Source: an uncultured Burkholderiales bacterium (GTDB lineage: Bacteria > Pseudomonadota > Gammaproteobacteria > Burkholderiales > Thiobacillaceae). From it: DNA of 64,000 nt. Below are positions 35,750-45,622 of the stretch, piece by piece. Where the stretch lies: assembly GCA_938038385.1 (NCBI GenBank), contig CALHRD010000012.1, forward strand, positions 19,541 to 83,540, written 5' to 3'. The notes under the pieces are model-generated. The model saw only the letters and a list, made by a program, of their open reading frames with translations. It was not told where the DNA came from and did no database searches. A program made the position numbers and the translations under genes. Positions within the stretch are counted from its first letter, which is position 1, and the number at the start of each line of letters is the position of its first letter.

Positions 35750-37144
35750 TCAGCGCGCGCCCTTGCCCAAGACCACCACCTGCGCGGTCTGCAGCAGGAT
35801 CATCAGGTCCAGGAACAGGCTGTGGTTCTTGACGTAATAGAGGTCGTACTGCAGCTTGCCGATCGCGTCTTCCACGCTCGCGCCATACGGAAAACGCACC
35901 TGCGCCCAGCCGGTGATGCCCGGTTTCAGGCTGTGGCGGGCGTTGTAGTAGGGAATCTGGGCGGACAGCTCGTTGACGAAATAGGGGCGCTCCGGACGCG
36001 GCCCGACGAAACTCATCTGACCGAGGAAGACGTTGATGAGCTGGGGCAGCTCGTCGATGCGCAGCCGGCGGATGATGCGGCCGACACGGGTGGTGCGGTC
36101 GTCGTTCAGACGTGCCCACTGCGGCAGGCCATCCTTCTCGGCGTCGGTGAACATGCTGCGGAATTTGTAGATGGTGAAGGGACGGCCGAACTGACCGACG
36201 CGTTCCTGGGTATAGAACACGGGGCCCCTGCTCTCCAGCTTGATGGCCAGTGCGGTGACCAGGATGATCGGCAGGGTGAGCAGCAGCAGCCCGGCGCTCA
36301 CCGTCAGATCGAACACCCGCTTGACGAGGTCACGCGCGGTGCCGCTGTGGAACCCTTCGGAGAAGATCATCCAGCTCGCGTTGACCGATTCCAGGGGCAG
36401 GATGCCGGTCTGGCGCTCGAAGAAGGCCGGCAGGTCGAGGATGCGGATGCCGGAGAGCTTGCAGTCCAGCAGCTCAGCGATGGGCAGTCCGCCACCGCGC
36501 CGCTCCCTGACGGCCACGACGATCTCCTCGATGCCGTAGCGCTCGACGATGTCCAGCAGACTGCCTGATTCGTCGAGGATGCGTTCGTGCGGGACGTAAT
36601 GGTGCGAGCCGCCCAGAGGCAGATAGCCGACGATGTTCAGGCCAAGCGCCTGGCCGCGTGCGATCATCTCCTCGATCTTCGCCGCCCGGCTGCCGGTGCC
36701 CAATACCAGCACCCGTTTCTTGAAGGCGCGGGCGTTGTCCCATTGTACAAAGGCCAGGCGGGTGAGCAGCACCCCGGCGGCCGAGAGCAGGATGACTCCC
36801 AGCAATTCCTGGTCCTGTGCGAACAGGCCGGGCAGCAGCCGTGCGCCCCCGGCCAGAAGGGCAAGACCCAGTACGAAGCCGCCAAGTACGCGCACCAACA
36901 GGCTGCGCAGGCCCTTGGTCCATTCCCAGTCGTAGAGGCCGAACATGGCGATGATCAGGGTCATCAGGAACGAGTACAGCCAGGGCTTCAGGCTGTCGGC
37001 GAGTTCATGCGCCGGCCCGAAGGGCGGGCGGACCCCGAAGTGAGACGCGGCATACAGGCTGGCAAAGTAGAACAGCGCGAACTCGAGGCCGACCAGGAGC
37101 AATATGCTCAATGGCACGTAATGTCGGAAAAAACGGATCATCAC
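35750..37144 (-). CDS. polyprenyl-phosphate sugar phosphotransferase (priming sugar transferase), PEP-CTERM-system-associated EpsB/WbaP type
   Basis: N-terminal transmembrane helices, a CoA-binding-like domain and the C-terminal bacterial sugar transferase domain (KRVFDL...PVFYTQERVG..G.PF.IYKFRSM...DELPQL.NV..G.MS.VGPRP). Confidence 0.88.
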   Translation of the reverse strand: MMIRFFRHYVPLSILLLVGLEFALFYFASLYAASHFGVRPPFGPAHELADSLKPWLYSFLMTLIIAMFGLYDWEWTKGLRSLLVRVLGGFVLGLALLAGGARLLPGLFAQDQELLGVILLSAAGVLLTRLAFVQWDNARAFKKRVLVLGTGSRAAKIEEMIARGQALGLNIVGYLPLGGSHHYVPHERILDESGSLLDIVERYGIEEIVVAVRERRGGGLPIAELLDCKLSGIRILDLPAFFERQTGILPLESVNASWMIFSEGFHSGTARDLVKRVFDLTVSAGLLLLTLPIILVTALAIKLESRGPVFYTQERVGQFGRPFTIYKFRSMFTDAEKDGLPQWARLNDDRTTRVGRIIRRLRIDELPQLINVFLGQMSFVGPRPERPYFVNELSAQIPYYNARHSLKPGITGWAQVRFPYGASVEDAIGKLQYDLYYVKNHSLFLDLMILLQTAQVVVLGKGAR

Positions 37145-37395
37145 CGCGACGGTTTCCTCTCCTGATACCTGGACCTCTTATAACGTCATACGGTGTCATG
37201 CGCTTGAACCAGCCGCAAGACAGGCCCGATTCGCTCACCCACCCACTACGACATCGGCTCCATAGGCGCACGGCCAGGTCTGCAAGCCACTCCCGAGCCG
37301 GGGGCACAAGCGGGGCATGCGCCGGGCCGTCCCAAGCATGACCCGCGCCCCCTCGGGGGGCGGCTCGGGGGGGTTCCGAGCCGGGGGCACAACAA

Positions 37396-38025
37396 TTATC
37401 CCTCCGATCCCTCCGCCACGGCATCCTCGTCCCGCAGCAGTTGCGCGAGTTGCCTGGCATTCATCCGCCGCGGCCCGTCCTGACGGTTGCGTCCGCCGGC
37501 GTGGCGGCTCTCCGCGGGCAAGATGCGCACCCGTACATCGGCCGGTTCGGAATAGAGCAGATACATGCCCTGCCCGTTGCGGTCCTTGACCTTGAACTCG
37601 ATGCCTTCGTTGAGCAGGTGTTGTTCGAAGTCCTTGCTGGAATCCGCATACAGTTCGATTTCGATGTCCGAGTGACGCGAGACCGTCCCGCTCAGCACCC
37701 CACCCACCAGCAAGGGATCGAAGCGCTGGAACGCCTGCAGGACCTCCAGCGCTTGTCGGCGCAGGGCCTGCAGCAGGTGCCTGTGTTCGTCCGGGCGGTA
37801 GAGGCTCTGATGGGCGCGTAAGGCGGCCTCGATCTCGTCGTTGCCCGGCAGACTTTGCGATTCGGGCGCCCCCAGCTGCCGGGCGGCCTTGCGCTTGGCC
37901 AGGGCGAAATCGCGGATGCCGTGCTCCGCCATCAGCCGCGCGGCAAGTTGGGCGATGCGGATGCGCATCTGGGCATGACGGGGGGAGAGGTCCTTGGGCG
38001 GCATGGGCTGGGGCTGGCTCATCAA
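37396..38025 (-). CDS. conserved hypothetical protein with a minimal nucleotidyltransferase-like motif
   Basis: GGVLSGTVSRHSDIEIELY resembles the G-x-G...S-D-x-D/E motif of Pol-beta-fold nucleotidyltransferases. ATGA overlap with the mrcA stop. Confidence 0.5.
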   Translation of the reverse strand: MMSQPQPMPPKDLSPRHAQMRIRIAQLAARLMAEHGIRDFALAKRKAARQLGAPESQSLPGNDEIEAALRAHQSLYRPDEHRHLLQALRRQALEVLQAFQRFDPLLVGGVLSGTVSRHSDIEIELYADSSKDFEQHLLNEGIEFKVKDRNGQGMYLLYSEPADVRVRILPAESRHAGGRNRQDGPRRMNARQLAQLLRDEDAVAEGSEG

Positions 38026-40358
38026 TCGCCGAAGTTGGGCGGCGGCCTGTCGGGTGTGGCCTCGCTGATCGGCGTGGGGCTCTCTTCGCCCACGGCATCC
38101 ACGGCCGGCGCCCGCGACGGCGGGAACTCCTCGTAGAAGAACTCCAGTCGCCCCTCCGCATCCTCGGGCACTGGCGCCCCCGTGCGGGCATCCACCTTGA
38201 GCGTGACGATGCCGGGCGGCATGCCGTAGGGCTGATCCGGCACATCGCGCAGCACACGGCCCATGTAACCCATCCAGATCGGAAGCGCCGCCACGGAGCC
38301 CGTCTCGCCGCCGCCCATGGGCCGCGGTTGGTCATAGCCCACCCAGGCCACGGCCACGCGGGTGGGGTTGTAACCGGCGAACCAGGCGTCCCGGTGGTCG
38401 TTGGTGGTGCCGGTCTTGCCGGCCAGATCGCTGCGGCCCAGGCTCATGGCGGCGGTGGCGGTGCCGCGGCGGACCACGTCCTGCAGCAGGGTGGTCATGA
38501 TGAAGGCGTTGCGGGCGTCCAGGATGCGTTCGACGGGCGGGCTCTGGAAGGACTCCAGCACACGGTCCGTCTTGTCCGTGATGCGGGTGATGAGATAGGG
38601 CCTGACCAGATTGCCGCCGTTGGCGAAGGCGCTGTAGGCGGTGGCCATCGCCAGCGGCGTGACCTCCCCGGCCCCCAGCGCCATGGTCAGATAGGGCGGG
38701 ATGCGCGCCATGTCGAAGCCGAACCGGGCCACGTGCTGGCGCGCCGCGTCGATACCCACCGCCTGCAGCACCCGGATGGAGACCAGGTTTTTCGATTTCC
38801 TCAGGGCGTCGCGCAGGGTCATCGGGCCCTCCATGGTGCCGTCGAAGTTCTTCGGTTCCCACAGCACGCCGCCGGTTTCGAACGGGTCCAGGCTGATCGG
38901 CGCGTCATCCAGCACGGTGGCCGGCGTGAGGCCCCGATCGAGCGCGGCGGAATAGATGAAGGGCTTGAAGCTGGAACCGGGCTGCCGCCACGCCTGCGTG
39001 ATGCGGTTGAACTGGTTGCGGCTGAAATCGAAACCGCCGACCAGGGCGCGGATGGCGCCATTTTCCGGTGAGAGGGCGACCAGGGCCGCCTCGGCCTGGG
39101 GCAGATAGGTCAACTGCCAGTTCTTGCCGTCCGGGCGCACGACGCGGATCACCGATCCGCGGCGCAGACGCCTCTTGGCCTGCATCTCCGTGGACAGGAA
39201 GCGCTGGGCGAACTTCAGCTCGCCGGCGCCCAGCTCGATGTCCTCACCGCTGGCGAGCCGTGCCTGGATGCGCTTCTTGTCGATGGCCAGCACCACGGCG
39301 GGCAGCAGACCGCCCACCTCCTGCAGGTCGGGCAGATGGGTGTCGATGTAGTCGGCCGCCGCCTTGGGGTCGGCGGGCAGCGCCATCTGAGCTTCCGGGC
39401 CGGCATAGCCGCGGCGGCGGTTGAAATCCACCAGTCCCTTGAGCACGGCGTCGGCGGCGGCCTGCTGCTCGGCCCGCCGGATGGTCGTGTACACCTTCAT
39501 GCCGCTGACGTAGATCTGGTCGCCGTAGCGCTCGTACATGTATTGGCGCACCAGTTCGGCGACATGATCGGCCGGCACCTCGAACCCGCGGGGCGAATGA
39601 CGGATACGCAGACGTTCGTCGATGGCCTGGTCGTGCTGCGCCTGGGTGATGTAGCCCAGCTTCAGCATGCGCCCCAGCACATAGCGCTGTCGGGCCTGGG
39701 CACGGGTCGGGTTGACCACCGGATTGTAGGCGGAGGGGGCCTTGGGCAGGCCCGCCAGCATGGCCGCTTCGGCGAGGCTAAGGTTTTTCAGGGGCTTGCC
39801 GTAATAGATCTGGGCGGCGGCAGCGAAGCCATAGGCACGCTGCCCCAGGAAGATGTGGTTGATATAGAGCTCGAGTATCTCGTTTTTGGTGAGGGCATGT
39901 TCGATCTTGATCGCCAGCAGGGCCTCGTTGAGCTTGCGCCGGAAGGTCTTTTCGGAGGACAGGAAGAAATTGCGCGCCACCTGCATGGTGATGGTGGAGG
40001 CGCCCTCCTTGGCGCCGCCGGAGATGATATTGGACAAGGCGGCGCGCAGCACGCCCAGGGTGTCCACACCGCCATGCTCGTAGAAACGTTCGTCCTCCGC
40101 TGCCAGGATGGCCTGGCGCAGAATGACCGGGGTTTCGTCGAGGCGCACCACCGCGCGCCGTTCCTCGCCAAATTCGCCAAGCAGGGCGCCGTCCTCGGAA
40201 TAGATGCGCAGAGGCATCTTGGGGCGGTAGTCGGTCAGCACTTCCAGGCTGGGCAGCGACGGATAGATGAGCGCCGCGGACAGCCCGGCGATGGCCGCGG
40301 CAACCAGACCAAGGCCGAGAATACCGACCAGGAGATAAAATCCCCATCGCTTCAGCAT
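38022..40358 (-). CDS. mrcA: penicillin-binding protein 1A (bifunctional transglycosylase/transpeptidase)
   Basis: Glycosyltransferase-51 motifs (AILAAEDERFYEHGGVD, RKLNEALLA) and transpeptidase motifs SSFKP and KTGTT. Confidence 0.93.
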   Translation of the reverse strand: MLKRWGFYLLVGILGLGLVAAAIAGLSAALIYPSLPSLEVLTDYRPKMPLRIYSEDGALLGEFGEERRAVVRLDETPVILRQAILAAEDERFYEHGGVDTLGVLRAALSNIISGGAKEGASTITMQVARNFFLSSEKTFRRKLNEALLAIKIEHALTKNEILELYINHIFLGQRAYGFAAAAQIYYGKPLKNLSLAEAAMLAGLPKAPSAYNPVVNPTRAQARQRYVLGRMLKLGYITQAQHDQAIDERLRIRHSPRGFEVPADHVAELVRQYMYERYGDQIYVSGMKVYTTIRRAEQQAAADAVLKGLVDFNRRRGYAGPEAQMALPADPKAAADYIDTHLPDLQEVGGLLPAVVLAIDKKRIQARLASGEDIELGAGELKFAQRFLSTEMQAKRRLRRGSVIRVVRPDGKNWQLTYLPQAEAALVALSPENGAIRALVGGFDFSRNQFNRITQAWRQPGSSFKPFIYSAALDRGLTPATVLDDAPISLDPFETGGVLWEPKNFDGTMEGPMTLRDALRKSKNLVSIRVLQAVGIDAARQHVARFGFDMARIPPYLTMALGAGEVTPLAMATAYSAFANGGNLVRPYLITRITDKTDRVLESFQSPPVERILDARNAFIMTTLLQDVVRRGTATAAMSLGRSDLAGKTGTTNDHRDAWFAGYNPTRVAVAWVGYDQPRPMGGGETGSVAALPIWMGYMGRVLRDVPDQPYGMPPGIVTLKVDARTGAPVPEDAEGRLEFFYEEFPPSRAPAVDAVGEESPTPISEATPDRPPPNFGD

Positions 40359-40496
40359 GGTGAAGATAAGCTATGGCTGGCGTTGCGACGCCACGGAGAG
40401 GAAAAATTCGGTTGTGCGAAAAATCAAGTTGTTGCTAGGATTTGCCGCGGATAATTAATCAAGCACCTAAACAAGGCTTCGGGAAGGGAAAATCAC

Positions 40497-41570
40497 TTGC
40501 AACTGAGCTCGCTGTTCCGCCGCAACAAACCCCTGATCGGGGTGGATATTAGCTCATCGGCGGTAAAAATGCTCGAACTGGCCGAAAGCGGCCGGGATGT
40601 GCGGCGGGTGGAACGCTACTCCATTACCAGACTGCCCAAGGACGCCCTGGCCGACGGCGGCATCGCCAAGCCGGAGCTGGTGGAGGAATGCCTGCGCACT
40701 GCCTGGAAGGCCATGGAGACCAAGACCCGCGACGTGGCCCTCGCCCTGCCGGCCGCGGCGGTGATCACCAAGAAGATCCTGTTGCCCCAGGGTGCCAGCG
40801 AGCTGGACATCGAGACCCAGGTCATGGCCGAGGCCAACCAGATGGCCCCCTTCCCTTTGGACGAGGTGAGTCTGGACTACCAGATCCTGGGGCCTTCGGC
40901 ACGCACCCCGGAGGAAAACGAGGCCCTCATCGTCGTGTCCCGACGCGAGCGCCTGGAGGAGCGCGTGGCGCTGGCCGAGGCCGTCGGACTCAAGGCGGTG
41001 ATCGTGGATGTGGACAGCTTCGCCACCCTGAACGCCTACGAGCAGATCGCCTATCAACTGCCCGACAACGGACGCAATCAGACCGTGGCCATCATCGACA
41101 TCGGCGCCAACGCCACGCATGTGAGCATGGTGCACGACAACCAGCTGGTCTATCAGCGCGAGCATGCCCTGGGCGGCTACGTCCTGACGCAGGAGATCGC
41201 CCGTCGTTATGACCTGCCTACGGACGAGGCCGAGGATGCCAAGCGCAAGGGTCTGTTGCCCGACAGTTACGAATCCGAGGTGCTGCAGCCGTTCCTGGAT
41301 GCGGTGGCCCTGGAGATCGGCCGGGCCCTGCAGCTGTTCTTCGGTGCCACCTCCTACCACAGCGTCGACCACATCCTGCTGGCAGGCGGCTGTGCCGCCA
41401 TCCCCGGCCTGGACGACGTCGTGCACAGCCGCATGCAGACCAGCACCCTGATCGCCAACCCCTTCGCCAAGATGGCGGTGTCGAACCAGGTCAAGGCCCG
41501 CCAGCTGGCCGCGGACGCTCCGGCGCTGTTCGTCGCCTGCGGCCTGGCCATGCGGAGGTTCGACCCGTGA
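40497..41570 (+). CDS. pilM: type IV pilus assembly protein PilM
   Basis: TTG start. Actin-like ATPase fold protein (IGVDISSSAVKMLEL...IIDIGAN) at the head of the pilMNOPQ order, divergent from mrcA. Confidence 0.93.
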   Translation: MQLSSLFRRNKPLIGVDISSSAVKMLELAESGRDVRRVERYSITRLPKDALADGGIAKPELVEECLRTAWKAMETKTRDVALALPAAAVITKKILLPQGASELDIETQVMAEANQMAPFPLDEVSLDYQILGPSARTPEENEALIVVSRRERLEERVALAEAVGLKAVIVDVDSFATLNAYEQIAYQLPDNGRNQTVAIIDIGANATHVSMVHDNQLVYQREHALGGYVLTQEIARRYDLPTDEAEDAKRKGLLPDSYESEVLQPFLDAVALEIGRALQLFFGATSYHSVDHILLAGGCAAIPGLDDVVHSRMQTSTLIANPFAKMAVSNQVKARQLAADAPALFVACGLAMRRFDP

Positions 41571-42142
41571 GCAGCATACGCATCAACCTGCTGCCGCATC
41601 GGCAGCAAAAGCGCGCCCAGCAACAGCGCCTGATGGTGCTGTTGGCCGTCGCCATCGCCGCGGCGGGTGCCTTGACGGTGTTCGCGGGCCACATGGTGAT
41701 CGAAGACGCCAAGCGCATCCAGAACCAGCGCAATGAGCTGCTGCGCCAGGAAACGGCCGTGCTGGACAAGCAGATCGCCGAGATCAAGGCACTCAAGGAC
41801 AAGACCAAGGCCTTGTTGGATCGCAAGGCCGTGGTGGAATCCCTGCAGACCAACCGGTCCGAGGCGGTGCATCTGTTCGACCAGCTTGCCCGGCAGATCC
41901 CGGAAGGGGTGTATCTCAAGAGTCTCAAGCAGGCCGGAGAGACCCTCACATTGCAGGGCTTTGCCCAGTCCAGCGCGCGGGTATCCAGCTTCATGCGCAA
42001 CCTGGACGCCTCGCCCCTGTTCGAGTCGCCCAATCTGGTGGAGGTCAGGAGCGCGCTGGTGGGCAAGCTGCGGGCGAGCGAATTCACCCTCACCGTCAGG
42101 CTGACCGGGCAAGAGGACAAGCAGCAGGAAGGAGGGGCCTGA
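41567..42142 (+). CDS. pilN: type IV pilus assembly protein PilN
   Basis: INLLPHR motif, a single transmembrane helix, and a GTGA overlap with pilM. Confidence 0.9.
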   Translation: MSSIRINLLPHRQQKRAQQQRLMVLLAVAIAAAGALTVFAGHMVIEDAKRIQNQRNELLRQETAVLDKQIAEIKALKDKTKALLDRKAVVESLQTNRSEAVHLFDQLARQIPEGVYLKSLKQAGETLTLQGFAQSSARVSSFMRNLDASPLFESPNLVEVRSALVGKLRASEFTLTVRLTGQEDKQQEGGA

Positions 42143-42143
42143 G

Positions 42144-42767
42144 ATGGACATCAACGATCTCAAATCCCTGGACCTGAAGGACATCGCCCGCGCCCCGGCG
42201 CCGGTCAAGGCCGTGGTCCTCGCCGTCCTGTTCCTGGCCATCGTCGGTCTGGGCTACTACCTGGACTGGTCGGACGGCATGTCCGAGGTGGACAGGCTGC
42301 GGGCCGAGGAGGCCAGCCTGCGCGAGGTCTACGCGCAGAAGAAACGCCAGGCCATCCACTACGAGGCCTACAAGAAGCGACTCGAGGACATCGAGAAATC
42401 CCTGGCGGCGTTGCTGCGCCAGTTGCCCAACAAATCGGAAATGGACGCCCTGCTCACCGACATCAACCAGGTGGGTGTGGGGCGCGGGCTCGAGTTCGAA
42501 CTGTTCCGGCCGGGCGCCGAGGCGCCGGCGGACTTCTACGCCACCCTGCCCGTCACCATCAAGGTCAAAGGCGAATACCACGACATGGCCGGATTCGTGA
42601 GCGATGTGGCGCAGCTGCCACGCATCGTCACCCTGCACGACGTGAGCCTGACACCCGTGGCCGAGGGCGGCGGCCTGGTCATGGATGCCACGGTGCGCAC
42701 CTACCGCTATCTGGATGAGGTGGAACAGGAGAGCGCCAAAGGTGGCCGGGAGGGCAAAAAGGGATGA
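42144..42767 (+). CDS. pilO: type IV pilus assembly protein PilO
   Basis: Position in the operon, a transmembrane helix plus coiled coil, and the C-terminal PilO-like domain (YHDMAGFVSDVAQLPRIVTLHDVSL). Confidence 0.9.
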   Translation: MDINDLKSLDLKDIARAPAPVKAVVLAVLFLAIVGLGYYLDWSDGMSEVDRLRAEEASLREVYAQKKRQAIHYEAYKKRLEDIEKSLAALLRQLPNKSEMDALLTDINQVGVGRGLEFELFRPGAEAPADFYATLPVTIKVKGEYHDMAGFVSDVAQLPRIVTLHDVSLTPVAEGGGLVMDATVRTYRYLDEVEQESAKGGREGKKG

Positions 42768-43267
42768 GCCGCCGCTATCTAGCCTCGATCCTGCTCGCCC
42801 TGCTGGCGGGCTGCGCCAACGACGACACTGCCGACCTGCGCGAATTCATGGCGCAGGCGGGCCGGGACTCGCAGGAGAAGCTGGAGCCCCTGCCCCAGGT
42901 CAAGATGGCCGAGACCTTCAGCTACAACCCGGCGGGGCTCACCGACCCGTTCGCCAGCCGCAATCTGCGTCCGGCGAGGGCAGGAGGCGGCCCCGCGCCC
43001 GACATGAGCCGGCCCAAGGAGCCGCTCGAGCTCTTCCCCCTCGACGGACTGCGCATGGTCGGCACCCTGTCGCGGCAGGGTCAGCTCTACGCGCTGGTGC
43101 GCACGCCGGAGAACACCCTCTATCGGGTCAAGCGGGGGGATCGCATCGGCCAGAATTTCGGCGTCATCACCGCCATCACCGACACCGCCATCGAAATCAG
43201 GGAAACCGTGCAGGACGGGGTGGGCGACTGGACCGAAACCAGCGCCAGCCTCCCCCTGCAGGAATGA
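42764..43267 (+). CDS. pilP: type IV pilus assembly lipoprotein PilP
   Basis: Lipobox LLAGC, position in the operon, and the PilP core LRMVGTL...ALVRTP...YRVKRGDRIGQNFG. Confidence 0.85.
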   Translation: MSRRYLASILLALLAGCANDDTADLREFMAQAGRDSQEKLEPLPQVKMAETFSYNPAGLTDPFASRNLRPARAGGGPAPDMSRPKEPLELFPLDGLRMVGTLSRQGQLYALVRTPENTLYRVKRGDRIGQNFGVITAITDTAIEIRETVQDGVGDWTETSASLPLQE

Positions 43268-43283
43268 GGGTGGCGCGAGCCAC

Positions 43284-45488
43284 ATGCATAGGGGCAAGAT
43301 CATGAGCAAAATCTTCCGAGACACCCTCCTGCGCTGGGCCACGGGCGCGATTCTGGGCTTGATGGCCGTGGGCTGGGCCCAGGCGGCCGCCCTCAAATCC
43401 GTCAACGTCAGCCGCGGCACCAACGACAGCCAGGTGGTGAAGATCACCCTGGATGTGCCCCTGGCCGGAGAGCCGGTGCATTTCTCCACCACCAACCCGC
43501 ACCGCATCGTGCTCGACCTGGCCGACACCCGCAGTGCGCGCCTGTCCGAGACCCTGAACCAGGGTGTGATCCGCAACTACGACGTCATCCAGGCCGGGGA
43601 GCGTACCCGTGTGGTGCTGAACCTCAGCGGCCCCGCCGGCTATCAGGTGCGGCAGGTGGGCAACCAGCTGTTGGTCGTGGTCCGGGGTGAGCAGGGTAGT
43701 CCGGAGACACCCACGCCCACCCGCTTCGCCGAGGTCGGACCGAAACGCGAGCACGCCGTCAAGGACGTGGAGTTCAAGCGCGCGCCCACCGGCGAAGGCC
43801 GCATCATCGTCAGCCTCTCCGACCCTGGCGTGGGCGTGGACATCCGCAGCCGGGGCGGCGCCGTGCAGGTCGATTTCCTCAACACGGCGCTGCCCAACCC
43901 CCTGCAGCGGCGCCTGGACGTCAGCGATTTCGGCACCCCCGCCCAACTGGTGGAAACCGTGGAGCAGGGCAAGAACACCCGCATGAAGGTCGAAGCCCGC
44001 GGCAGCTGGGACTACTCGGCCTATCAGACCGGCAACCAGTTCATCCTGGAGATCCGCTCCCTGGACGATCCCCGGCTGCAGACTTTGGTCGACAAACCGC
44101 GCTACATCGGCGAAAAACTGACCCTGAACTTCCAGAACGTGGAGATCCGCGCCGTGCTGCAGGTCATCGCCGACTTCACGGGGCTCAACATCATCGCCAG
44201 CGACACCGTCACCGGCAGCATCACCCTGCGCCTCAAGGACGTGCCCTGGGACCAGGCCCTGGACATCATCCTGCGCGCCAAGGGCCTGGACAAGCGCGTG
44301 ACCGGCACCGTCATCTGGGTGGCGCCGCGCGACGAGTTGGCGGCCAAGGAGAAACTGGAGCTGGAGGCGCGCCAGCAGATCGCCGAGCTGGAGCCGCTGG
44401 TGACCGAGAGCATCCCGCTCAACTACCTGCGCGCGAACGAGGCCGAAGGAATGTTGCTCGGCAAGTCCATCGCCGCGCTACAGGCGGGGCAGGCCGTCTC
44501 GTGCGAGGCCTCGGCCACCGGCGTGGGCGGCCAGACGCAGACCGCCGCCACGGCCACGGGTGCGGGCCAGGCCGCCCAGCGCGTGTTGAGCAAACGCGGC
44601 TCCGTCACCTACGACCTCAAGACCAACACCCTGTTCGTTCAGGACACCGCCGCCAAACTGCGCGAGGCCCGCGAACTGCTGGCCAAGGTGGACGTGCCGA
44701 CCCGGCAGGTGATGATCGAAGCACGGGTCGTGGTGGCGGAGGACAACTTCAGTCGCAACCTCGGTGTCAGACTGGGCTTCAAGAGCCAGATCAACTCGAA
44801 GCGACTGGACAGGACGCCAATCGGCATCTCGACCACGGCCAACGACGCTGCGGCCGTGGCTGGCGGCAGCTTGGGTACGACCGTGCCCTTCAACGTGGAC
44901 CTCACGGGTACGTCCATAGGCACGCCCGGCAGCATCGGCTTCGCCATCATCGAGGGCGCCGGCAATGCCATCCTGGGCCTGGAACTGCAGGCCCTGGAGG
45001 CGGACGGGCGCGGCAAGATCGTCTCCAACCCGCGCGTGGTCACCTCCAACCAAAAGCCGGCCGTCATCCTGCAGGGTGAGGAGATCCCCTACGTCACGGT
45101 CACCAACAACACCACGACCACCCAGTTCCGCAATGCCGTGCTCTGTCTGCTGGTGGACCCGCAGATCCTCAACAACGACAACATCATTCTGGATGTTGAA
45201 GTGACCAAGGACGCCCGTGGGGCGTCTGCCGGCACATCGGGATTTGCCATCAACAAGAAAAGGGTGAAGACCCAGGTGCGTGTGGCCGATGGCGAGACGG
45301 CGGTGCTGGGCGGGATCTTCGAGCAGGACATCAAGAACGAGACGAACAAGATCCCCCTGCTGGGCGACCTGCCCATCCTCGGCCATCTGTTCCGCGACAA
45401 CTTCAAGCAGGATAAGAAGACCGAGCTGCTGATTTTCCTCACCCCCCGTATCCTGCCGGACAACTTCGCAGCGGCCCGTCTGCAGTGA
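43284..45488 (+). CDS. pilQ: type IV pilus secretin PilQ
   Basis: Signal peptide, AMIN-like repeats and a secretin C-domain (IPLLGDLPILGHLFR). The start may instead be the ATG at 43302. Confidence 0.93.
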   Translation: MHRGKIMSKIFRDTLLRWATGAILGLMAVGWAQAAALKSVNVSRGTNDSQVVKITLDVPLAGEPVHFSTTNPHRIVLDLADTRSARLSETLNQGVIRNYDVIQAGERTRVVLNLSGPAGYQVRQVGNQLLVVVRGEQGSPETPTPTRFAEVGPKREHAVKDVEFKRAPTGEGRIIVSLSDPGVGVDIRSRGGAVQVDFLNTALPNPLQRRLDVSDFGTPAQLVETVEQGKNTRMKVEARGSWDYSAYQTGNQFILEIRSLDDPRLQTLVDKPRYIGEKLTLNFQNVEIRAVLQVIADFTGLNIIASDTVTGSITLRLKDVPWDQALDIILRAKGLDKRVTGTVIWVAPRDELAAKEKLELEARQQIAELEPLVTESIPLNYLRANEAEGMLLGKSIAALQAGQAVSCEASATGVGGQTQTAATATGAGQAAQRVLSKRGSVTYDLKTNTLFVQDTAAKLREARELLAKVDVPTRQVMIEARVVVAEDNFSRNLGVRLGFKSQINSKRLDRTPIGISTTANDAAAVAGGSLGTTVPFNVDLTGTSIGTPGSIGFAIIEGAGNAILGLELQALEADGRGKIVSNPRVVTSNQKPAVILQGEEIPYVTVTNNTTTTQFRNAVLCLLVDPQILNNDNIILDVEVTKDARGASAGTSGFAINKKRVKTQVRVADGETAVLGGIFEQDIKNETNKIPLLGDLPILGHLFRDNFKQDKKTELLIFLTPRILPDNFAAARLQ

Positions 45489-45503
45489 CCCGGGGCGAAC
45501 GCC

Positions 45504-45527
45504 GTAGGTCGGCAATCCCTTGCCGAC
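45504..45527. repeat. REP-like hairpin, family 2
   Basis: GTAGGTCGGCAATCCCTTGCCGAC, just after the pilQ stop. Confidence 0.75.
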
Positions 45528-45622
45528 GAAAACCGATGGGCACGGGACACGACCGGCGGCATGGGCATGCCACCCTACGCGAGAGGCCACGGATGATGGT
45601 GAGTCAACTCGTGAGCGCCAGC

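Noticed and set aside
33805-35832. 675-aa plus-strand ORF, together with similar long ORFs at 25167..26624, 26649..27785, 29841..31379, 46736..48184, 49885..51504, 55975..57387, 56834..58909 and 59738..61504
   Set aside because: All lie antisense to genes with clear family signatures (prsK, FtsX permease, prsT, ftsZ, ddl, murD, mraY, murE). Their Gly/Arg/Ala/His-rich composition marks them as high-GC shadow frames.
37301-37315. GGCACAAGCGGGGCA, which fits the GG-N10-GC spacing of a sigma-54 promoter on the plus strand
   Set aside because: It lacks the TTGC -12 element. It also points away from the sugar transferase gene towards the 3' end of a minus-strand gene, so no plus-strand gene would be served. 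It is part of the 17-bp direct repeat.
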